Shown in pieces: positions 55,001 to 64,000 of a stretch of DNA of 64,000 bases. The position numbers and the translations under genes were made by a program. This stretch comes from Paraspadella gotoi (Eukaryota > Animalia > Chaetognatha). The DNA lies in contig CM119263.1 in assembly GCA_051294375.1 (NCBI GenBank), positions 12,441,723 to 12,505,722 of the forward strand. The letters run 5' to 3'. The notes beneath the pieces were generated by a model. The model was not told where the DNA came from. It searched no databases and saw nothing but the letters and a program-made list of their open reading frames with translations. Numbering within the stretch: position 1 is the first letter of the stretch; the number at the start of each line of letters is the position of its first letter.

Positions 55001-58000
55001 AAAACTATTTTGAAATTTTGACATTATATAAGGGTAGTACTATATACAAAATAAGCTGACTGGGCTACTATATTTATAAAAAAAGAAAAATAACTATAGA
55101 TTAGTATTCATTAATATAATAGTTTTCAAGATATAACTGCTAAATTTTGATTCCAAACTTTCACTTCACCCTACTGGACAGGCTATATTCTTGGTTATAG
55201 CCTCCATCCTTCTTACAGCATGCAAACTTTCAACTCACTGAGTACCTGGCTTCTCAATAAATGAAATGAAATATTATTTTCATTCTATTGTACAAAAGGA
55301 CCACTCCTTTTTAATGTTGTTTTAAGTTTGATATTACATTTTTTAAATAATCAAGTTTGTAACCCATTAAAGACTCCCAAGATAACAATAAACAGTAATG
55401 AAAAGAGATAACTTTACCCCACCTCTCAAAAAACTCTTCCACAGAGATGCCTTGACGATTAGTCACGTGGAGAGGGTAAAAGACTTCTAAAATTTTACTG
55501 GAATGTGCAAGGGTGAGCTTGAGGTCTCTGGCGGGCATTCTTATCTTTTCTTTGACAACGTCGTCCAGACCCAATTGTAATTTCTTTTTTCGACTCTCGA
55601 TCTTCGCGTGAAGTTGCATGTTCAATTTTCTGAATTAAAAAAAAAATTCAAAATTGAGTTTATGAAAAAGATACAATACAATACCAAAACAAATACCATA
55701 TTTATTATGTAAGGTATATGTAAAAGGCTGGTTTCATAGGGCGACAGAGGTAGTAGGCTGGTTCAGATACTATCTAGGAAAAAAGTATATAACATAATTA
55801 AATTTATTCAATAAAAAGTATACAAAATATGGGTAAAACATTTTCAATATTTGGTATGCCTTTCCTCGGCATCAACTACTGCCTACATTTGTCTGGGTAT
55901 GCTCTCATATAGCAAATTGAGGTATGACAGTGAAATATTTTTCAACATCTTTAACACAATTCTTTTCAAACCCAATATTGATGTTACATGTTTTTACATT
56001 TTTAAAAGGTATAATAGCATTTTTTTGAACCAAAAAGAGGTATAAAGGCTTTAGCATTGCCAAATTAAAAAAATAACTTTATTTAAAATAAAAATAAATA
56101 ACTAAAAATAAAAATTAAATATAATTTTTTTCGCCATTTTTTATTTGAAGTAACAATATTTTTTAGCCTGTAACTTCTAAACGATTTGACCGACAAAAAA
56201 ATAGAAGGAAGCTACTGAAAACAAATTCAATATAAATCCGGAAATATTCTAATTTTTTTAAAATCAAACAAGTTTTCGAATAGATATCTTTTATTAAAAA
56301 TGTTATATACTTTTTTCCTAGATAGTAGTTCAGAGCTATGGCCTAGTAGCAGCATAATTGTTTCTACACGATAACTTCAGGTCTCGAACCAGGAACGCAT
56401 GGTGCTGTTGCGCTGCGAAAATTACAGCCTTAATACTTTTGCATTGAAATATCCACCAGAACGTAATACATGTATATATAATATAGAGTTACATTTAATA
56501 TTATGTACCATCTAAGCAAAAGAATATAACGAATAAGTGAGGATAACTTTGAAAAAATTATTTGTTTAAAAAAAAAATTTAATTACATTAAATTAAACTA
56601 TATCTTAATTTCAAATTAACTTTACTTTTTTTTGGTCAAAGAGTTATAATGATAACTTGATAATCAAAGAAAGGTACTTGGATATTACAAAAAGTATCAA
56701 AAAAAAAAAAAAAAATAACAATTCTAAAAAAAAAAATTACCAGAAGAGTATTTAGCCTGATGTCCAATTCTCCTCTTCCTTTTCTTCTTCTTTCCTCCTC
56801 CTCCTGCCCCTCAGTATATTTTGTCTAGCGATACATTCTCTCGTTTCTACTCTTCGCGAAATATACCATTATTTTCCCTCCATTTCTTCACACCTTCAAT
56901 ACCCCTCAAGATTACATAAAATAAAAGTTAAAAAAAATAAAAATTTATAATTATTATTGTCTCTTCGGAGGCGTGGATTCAAATCTCACGGCTGATACCA
57001 CAGGGATTTCTCGGCGATTCTTATGAAAACAGACAAAATAGACAGTTGTGGCAGCAAGACTTAAACCTGCCTCACTGCTGTCCGTCCTCAGCCTCGTCTC
57101 AATGGCTGAGCAGGCTACATCATCTCATTCCATCCGTGCGTCCGGGTTCAATCCCTGGGTATCCCGGTTCTGGCTTAAATGTGACGGTGCCGGTATAAAC
57201 ATGCCAGTGACAGGAGGCGGTCACTGAGGGTCCGCAGCCCCTACGCCAGTTGGTGAGATACCCGCGCCCCGGGTATCACAGGCTATCCTCCCGTTGCCAT
57301 AAGTGGTGAGTCCTACTCTCGAACACGCAACCGCTGCGCACCGTGCGCCCACGCTTACGTCGCTTAGGGTATGCATATCACGCCTATGCCCTACTTCTCT
57401 GGTAACGCTCCAGACTCGCTCGCTCGCTCGCCGCTCGCTCTCACTATGGCAATGAGATCAAAACCTTCTCTCAGACATCTCCTCAGGATTGAGGCCCCTG
57501 TGGAGAAGTCTGGTGGGGGATCCTGTGGCAGCAAGACTTAAAGCTGCCTCACTGCTGTCCGTCCTCAGCCTCGTCTCAATGGCTGAGCAGGCTAAATCAT
57601 CTCATTCCATCCATGCGTCCCGGGTTCAATCCCTGGGTATCCGGTTCTGGCTTAAATGTGACGGTGCCGGTATAAACATGCCAGTGACAGGAGGCGGTCA
57701 CTGAGGGTCCGCAGCCCCTACGCCAGTTGGTGAGATACCCCGCGCCCCGGGTATCACAGGCTATCCTCCCGTTGCCATACAGTGTCAATTTTGAGGCAGA
57801 GTGAAATCAGACAGAAACGTTGGCTATTTAGTATTTATACAATTTGAATCGGATCCGAGGTAAGAGCATTCTCCGCAGGCAGATGGAAGCCAGTGCCATC
57901 ATTGGCCGGTGTCATTGGTGGTTCGACCAATGAGAGAGTCGTTTATTAAACTTCTTATTTTGCTCATATTTTCTGAACGGTTTCCGCTAAGAGCGTAGGA

Positions 58001-61000
58001 GTATGACACAACGTGAGGTAGCTCATAAAAATATTTAATATATATGTACAGGATTTAAAAAATTACAATTTTTTTAATGAAATAATTTTTGGGTAAAATG
58101 CCTCACTTTTGTTAATATGGTGATACGCTTTTTGCTTAGATGGTAATTTTATTGCAATCACGAACCTAGCTTCATCCTCGAGTTGGCTGTAAACACCCTC
58201 CTTTTTCAAATTTGCGCAGAAAGGATCAAAGACCTGGGTGACGAAGTTGATAAGCTCTTGCTGGGGGGCGTTAATTAGAGACTCCGTCTCCGTCTTGTAA
58301 GCCATTAGTTCGTCCATTTCCAGCCTAGATTCGAACGCTGCCAACGCCTTTGAAAAAGAATTAACAGGTGCAGTAGTTTAAGGGGAAAGTAGATTGCGAA
58401 AGGCTTAAAAAATAACCTGTTCCGGAGTAATTTGGTAAAAGAAATTAGAGGCAAGTCCGGGACCTTCAGTTCTTCGAGCAACGAACGAATCAGCGGAAGG
58501 AACGCGACCGAACCTTTTGATCACTGCACAGAAATTTAAGGTTGGATATTGGATAATAAGAATAACACATTTTTCCGATTACCGAATCTTACCCAAATGA
58601 AATAAGAGAGTGTCCCAAAGAGCCCTGATTCCCCTCCGGCAGAGGGCAAAAACAGCGAGCGTGATGGAAGCCAGCGGACAAAGGAGAGAGCCGACGATCA
58701 AGGCGAGCAAAGGCTGCAATATAATCGATAGTAATCTTTAAATAAATAATGATAAATAATGTATAATATAATATATATATAAGATAATGATACTCAAAAA
58801 ATATATTATAATAATTAATCCTTAATAGCCCCAAAAATTATCCATTCCCCCGCTTTTTGTTCGTCCTTGTAGATATTATGAGTTTCTCATTAATGATTTT
58901 CCAACAGGAATGATGTACAATATCTATTAGAAAACTGGAACAAAGTAATCTAACCTTGTGTAGAAACTGTAGATGCACCGTCTATTTCCAGAAGACAACA
59001 CTAACTACCCCAAGTCCCCATCCCAAACAGATAAATAATATGATAAATAATAGTTATTTTTAAATCTAAAAAAATAAAGAGAGTGAAACAAGTAATTTTG
59101 CAACTTTAATAATGATAAGTAAATGAAATATTCACGCTTTCATCACCTGAACAACACCAAGGGCTACACCATGCCACAACAACGCTTCGAATACGATGAA
59201 CCAACGATTTCGATCCTCGGATGGAGAATCGATGTCGTATACGAAGACGGAAAACAACGACGTCGCTAACGTAACTAAAAAAATTAAAGCGAGTCTGGCA
59301 TCATGGCGATATTTAATTCGTTTAAAATAAAATTATATAAATGGATCCCAGCACCTACCTATTGGGACCCAGATGGGTGCGGTCATGGCTAAGCAACTAG
59401 ATAACAAGCAGGTCAATAAGCAAGCTAAAGGATACAACAATAGCAAAAAGAATGTGCCGAAGGCGCCTTTGAGGACAAAGTTCCAAGTCCGGTTCAAGTG
59501 TCGAGAAAAACCTGCAAATTTTTTTATTTTCTCTCAGGATCGGCAACAACACTTGCAGAGTAAATTAACAAAAAGTAAATTGTTGATAATTTATTATAAA
59601 ATTTGAACCTTATAAACATATGAAACGAGTTCCTACCTTTTCCAAGAAAGCCCGAATCGCTTTCCGCCTCAAACTGATCTCGAGCAAGTTTAACGTGCAT
59701 CCAGAGAGCGTGCAGCCGCGAAACGAGCGTGTGCGTGCGCGACCTCAATTTTGGGCAGACCCCGCCATTCACGGGATTAAGGTCGTAATCTGGATTGGAA
59801 ATGAACTTTTACGCATTTATTACCATATTAAATTCAAATTTTTAAGATAAACCGACCTGGAATGAAAGGATGGTTCGAACAAAGAGCACGCAGGGAGAGG
59901 GGAGACAGCCAGGGAATGACGACAGCGAAAAAATAAATTGCGTCGATGGTTAAGGTCCAAGTTCTCATCATGAAGCATGTCCATCGCCAAAGAGGATACT
60001 TAGTTGATGAATTGAGGATATGGTGTCGACTTAGTGAGTACTAATGGTAATAATATTATAGTACTATGTGCAATTGTTTGGAACGAAATCATAATGCAAA
60101 TACCTGAGATTGCGAGAGGCCGGGATTATGACTAAAATCTTCGTCGGCAAGAGGAGTGTCAAGAACTGTCGTAGGAATTATTTCCGGTCTTCCTGCGAAC
60201 GTCCGGGTAACAACCCAGTCTGAGGGAAACCAGATTCGACGTTTCCACACGAATGAACGAGTAGGGTGTTGCACTGTGAGGGGATGATTGATAACTACCA
60301 CTTGTCTCACAATTATTATAAAATATAATAATATATAGGGAAATTTATTAAATTTTTCTATTTATTTTTTGAGAATTGACAAAGTTTTTGTTTGCAACGA
60401 ATTTTATTTATAGTTGAACAGACATGTTTCGACTTGTTTTACAAGCCTTCATCCGCGTTTTGACAGATTGGTTTGAAATTTGTACATAAGAAGAGAGAGA
60501 GAGAGAGAGAGAATAGGGTAAAAGTTTTCCAACAAAGTGGTGAGACAGAATAGTGGTCAGATGAGAGGACAGGTCAAGGTGAGGACAGATTGAATAAGTT
60601 GTGAAAAAGAAGTGAAACTTAGAGAGCGAGAGAGAGAACAGGGATAAATAAATAATAAATGATACATTGTGCAATGTACAACAAAGATAAATGGTTTGAA
60701 ACTAAAATTAGTGAAATTTAACAATTGTCTAATGGATAAATAATTAACTAAGGGATAGAAAGTGAAAAATGAAATGAAATTTGTGAAAAATGAAATATGA
60801 GAATTTTTAAGAGTTAAGTAAATGATTAAAATGAAATTTAAGGAGTAAGAAAGAGCTCAAAATGAGCTGGCCCCCCTTGGTTTATGCAAATGAAGGGCAT
60901 GGACGATGGTGACGGGTCATTGGCGCGTCAGTGGCTGAGAGGAGAGTGCGACTGAACCGGTAAATTCTGTACCGGGGATTGTACCAGGCGGAAAACTTCC

Positions 61001-64000
61001 CAATGCCACTCTTATGTCTCTCTGACCTGATACACCTGCCGGCTGCCCTGTTCTCGCCTGCTGGCGAGGCGGGCGATTGTCTATTTTTGCCGCTTTTGCA
61101 ACAGGAATGATAGACTCCTCTCCTTCCTCTTGAAGCCATCGTTTTGGGCGGCGCCCAGTCCACAGAGAAAGGGGCTGAGTTGCTGCATTTGAAGGAGAGG
61201 CATCGTTTGCCCATTGCCTGCATAAGGGTCTCCGCCTGTCTCGTTGAGTGGAGACAGGGAAATCATTGTGCGGGCGTGGTGGCGGCGGGGCCTGCACCAC
61301 GCTTTTGATAAGCGAATCATAGCTTGGAGGGAGGTCGAATCGTCCTCCATCACGGTTCAAAGAGGGCTCAAGGGCTTTGATGTAGACTGCCTCTCTAATA
61401 CCTCTTGAGAACCAGTTTGGGTCATGGGACAGCACGAAACAGTCTGAATCTCTGAACAAATGGCCTGTTTCTGCTGAATGCTCAGCTATTGCGGACAAGT
61501 AGTGACCTCGTGCATTACGGTAAAGCTTTTTGTGTTGCTGGAAACGATCTGTAAGAGATTTGCCTGTCTCGCCCACATATGCTGCTGTACAGGCTTGGTT
61601 ACCCGCCCCTCTCTCTAAGTTTCACTTCTTTTTCACAACTTATTCAATCTGTCCTCACCTTGACCTGTCCTCTCATCTGACCACTATTCTGTCTCACCAC
61701 TTTGTTGGAAAACTTTTACCCTATTCTCTCTCTCTCTTCTTATGCACAAATTTCAAACCAATCTGTCAAAACGCTGATGAAGGCTTGTAAAACAAGTCGA
61801 AACATGTCTGTTCAACTATAAATATAATTCGTTGCAAACAAAAACTTTGTCAATTCTCTAATTAATAGTAACAACGAAAAAGAAAGGATTACTTCAATAT
61901 ATTTCTTTTAAAATTTTTAATAAAAAAATTTTAAGTAATTTAGTAAAACAAGTAAACTTGCAATTTTTCATAGTATATACGATTACCTTTGCCCAGCTCT
62001 TTTCGTAGCACAGGTTCTTGATCTCTGAGAAACATCAGGTCTCGCTGAAGGAAATAAGCTCCTTGAACTAAGCTTTGTTCTCGGCACTGATTAACCGCTT
62101 CCTCGTGGGCTGACCACTGGTGCTCTTGACGAAAAATCTCTTGTGCCTGAAATAATAAAGGTAAGTATGTACATACAGAAGGCTTTATATTAGAAAAAGC
62201 TCTTTCGCCTTTTCGAACTGGGAATCAGTTTTAACCAAATCACTGAACCAAATTTGATACGATTTTGCGTACAGTATCCCAATGGCCGTACAAATGGGAC
62301 TATCAGATTCGAGGCGATTTTCGATATTTTACCCCTGAGCCATGGGTGGTCACCCCAGGGGGGAAAATGACTTTTTTTTTTAAAAGAAAAGTTTTCGTGG
62401 GATCATTTGCATTAATGAATTAAATTTGTAGAAAAACCATTTTAAAACGAATTTTCAAAAATTTATATTGATTTTTTTCCTTTTGAACATTGTTAGTCAA
62501 TCATTTTAGATATAATTTTGTTCCCCTAACGAAAGCTGGTATGAACCTGGAAATTGAGCAAAAATTTCCTTTTCACAATAATAGATTTACTTTTCGGGAT
62601 GAAAAATTAACAAAATTTGAAAAAAAACTGTTCATTTTTTGCACACCTGGGCTGACCTGTTAGGGGCCCATATTTCGGGTCATAGGTCAAATTTCAAAAA
62701 TCCCCTTGATACTCCCATTTCTATTGCCCAATACTATAGTAGGGGTGGCCTATTTCAGTTGGTTAGGTCAAAAATTTTAATTGAGCTCAAACCAAAATTT
62801 ATACATTTCTTAAAAAATTAAGATAGACAAAAAAATTTTAACATGACTCTATACCGTATATATTAATTTTTAAATATTTATTTATAGATAGGAATGGCTA
62901 AAGATTTTTTAAAGATTTTTTTAATTTTTAAGATCAGATTCAGAGCCTTAGCCCGTCTGGCGAGATAAAAAGCATTCTCCCCCCACCATTTTATATCGAA
63001 TTACTTGTTGTAATTTCTGTTTCATCCAAGGATCGATTTTGGAACATATTGGATAGTGCTCTTTCAAATAGTTTTGCGCTTCAACCTGATGCAACTTCAT
63101 GTTTTTGCACACTAAATCTGTTGCACCAAGAAGTATTTGAGACAATTTGGCCTGAAAAATTTGAAAAAAACCTAAAACTTAAAATATAATAATCAGAAAA
63201 TATAATGAACTTTGCACAATAGTTAATAACTACCTGTTCGACAAGCAATTTTCCCATTCCGGGTGACATTTTTTCTAATTCATCATTCATGATGACGGCT
63301 TCAAAAACTCGTTTTAAGTACTCGCTCATCAAGGCTTCATTAACCTATGGTAAAAAAAAATAATATAAGATGAAAGAATCTTTAAAATTTTTAATAAGGG
63401 CAAACTGTCACTGGCGCGGTCTACGTACGTAAAGTTGAATAAATCACATAATTTTCATTCAGTACTAATGAATTTTTAAATGAATTTATCACATTTTCCA
63501 TTCTCCCGAGTAAACCTGTCAACTAGTGAAGTTGCACTCACTTGAACCGTAATCTCTTCGTCGTTGTATCCAAGACCTTTTAATTCCGAGATCAACCTGG
63601 ATCGATACTGAGTGTACCAACCCTTGGGTTCTTTGTAAGTGATCGCAGTCAATATTGGAATAGCACGAGACATCAGATCCTTGTTCCAAATTCGCAGGTC
63701 TATGTCTATGCTCGTAGGAGCATGAGGCGTATGGTAGAGGTACGGGATTGGAGGAGGACGTTCTTGCAGCTAGAGGAAGTTATAGGGATATCTTGAGTGG
63801 CGAGTAAGTATTAGTCATGATTTGTCCTTTAAATATACCTGATCTCCGTTGAGCATCGGCGCGCAGTCTTTGACCCGAACCTGCAAAAATTCCGCGTATT
63901 TACGCCACTGCGGTTTTTGGGACCTTTCCACGACCAATTCGGCTACGAGGTAGTTCTTGTGAGCGTCCTGAATCTTGGCTTCGAGTGAACCGGGCCGCGT
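52022..64000 (-). CDS. Large multi-exon uncharacterised protein with central hydrophobic (probably multipass) region; 5' end beyond window
   Basis: Chain of GC-richer exons with GT-AG borders (e.g. 63500-63770, 60103-60308 PTRSFVWKRRIWFPSDWVV, 59636-59800 THTLVSRLHALW..DSGFLGK, 59358-59510 hydrophobic, 58108-58350, 55418-55630, 54218-54410, 52966-53238). Last exon ends PHLETDV* with TGA at 52022. Confidence 0.7.
53360..53476. repeat. Perfect 42-bp inverted repeat with 33-bp spacer
   Basis: Arms 53360-53401 and 53435-53476; adjacent 14-bp tandem duplication AGGTAACGAATTTC. Confidence 0.9.
55844..55930 (-). pseudogene. Tc1/mariner transposase C-terminal relic, second copy
   Basis: LSYLNLLYESIPRQM*AVVDAEERHTKY*; flank to ~56320 is similar to 5480-5810. 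Confidence 0.75.
56959..57000 (+). pseudogene. 3' half of tRNA-Leu ending in CCA
   Basis: GTCTCTTCGGAGGCGTGGATTCAAATCTCACGGCTGATACCA resembles the variable arm, T-arm and 3' acceptor strand of animal tRNA-Leu; no 5' half. Confidence 0.7.
57170..57249 (+). ncRNA. Putative twister ribozyme, type P5 (5' LTR, copy 2)
   Basis: Identical 80 nt; predicted cut between 57196 and 57197. Confidence 0.8.
57573..57636 (+). promoter_or_regulatory. tRNA-derived internal Pol III promoter in the LTR (also at ~12078-12140, ~12546-12609, ~57096-57158)
   Basis: A box TGGCTGAGCAGG and B box GGTTCAATCCC at tRNA spacing; T-arm CCGGG-TTCAATC-CCTGG pairs; no acceptor stem. Confidence 0.72.
57647..57726 (+). ncRNA. 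Putative twister ribozyme, type P5 (3' LTR, copy 2)
   Basis: Identical 80 nt; predicted cut between 57673 and 57674. Confidence 0.8.
60917..61600 (-). pseudogene. Penelope GIY-YIG endonuclease fragment (RT and GIY half missing)
   Basis: CTAAYVGETGKSLTDRFQQH..SAIAEHSAETGH..RGIREAVYIKALEPSLNRDGG, the typical PLE endonuclease pattern; truncated at the inversion breakpoint ~61610. Confidence 0.88.
61770..61812 (+). ncRNA. Minimal type I hammerhead ribozyme in Penelope pLTR
   Basis: AACG-CTGATGA-A-GGCTTGT(AAA)ACAAGTC-GAAA-CAT-GTC^TGTT; palindromic stem III ACATGT. The other copy (60417-60459, minus) reads CGGATGA. Confidence 0.85.

Larger units (their letters stand above)
57047..57779 (+). mobile_element. 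Non-autonomous miniature LTR retrotransposon (TRIM/retrozyme-like), copy 2
   Basis: LTRs 57047-57301 and 57524-57779; TSD CAGT (57043-57046, 57780-57783); nearly identical to copy 1 but with different flanks and TSD. Confidence 0.95.
60371..61858 (-). mobile_element. 5'-truncated Penelope-like retroelement with inverted pseudo-LTRs
   Basis: ~250-bp inverted repeats 60371-60626 and 61611-61858 flank a GIY-YIG endonuclease C-terminus and 3' UTR; each repeat contains a hammerhead motif. Confidence 0.9.

Noticed and set aside
56330-56420. Possible tRNA/SINE head (TGGCCTAGTAG...)
   Set aside because: No convincing B box at the right spacing and no second copy in the window.

Overview
AT-rich, compact invertebrate (animal) nuclear DNA with short spliceosomal introns; the taxon cannot be fixed from this window. 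Positions 322-48240 carry 13 consecutive minus-strand housekeeping genes, in transcription order YIPF6, NUDCD2, STX18, TRAM1, RPP25/Alba, RPA1, MRM2, DNLZ, PLA2G15/LCAT-like, SNAPC3, UBE2J1, an NAD-dependent epimerase and NUDT14. Several stop-to-start gaps are only 15-140 bp, which is operon-like. An R-Ras gene diverges on the plus strand, and a large multi-exon membrane-protein gene ending in ETDV runs off the right edge. Introns are full of mobile DNA: Helentron/HINE-like repeats, Tc1 relics, MITEs, foldbacks and a Penelope fragment with hammerhead ribozymes. The best candidate for an undescribed system is a ~730-bp non-coding LTR element present twice (12029-12755, 57047-57779; 4-bp TSDs, PBS, PPT). 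Each of its LTRs holds a tRNA-type Pol III promoter followed by an apparent type-P5 twister ribozyme with a palindromic P1, i.e. a putative Pol III-driven twister LTR retrozyme. A diverged relative lies at ~18290-18510. Two local duplications inside an RPA1 intron may be assembly artefacts. All gene and RNA-structure calls were made by eye; no database search or folding program was run.
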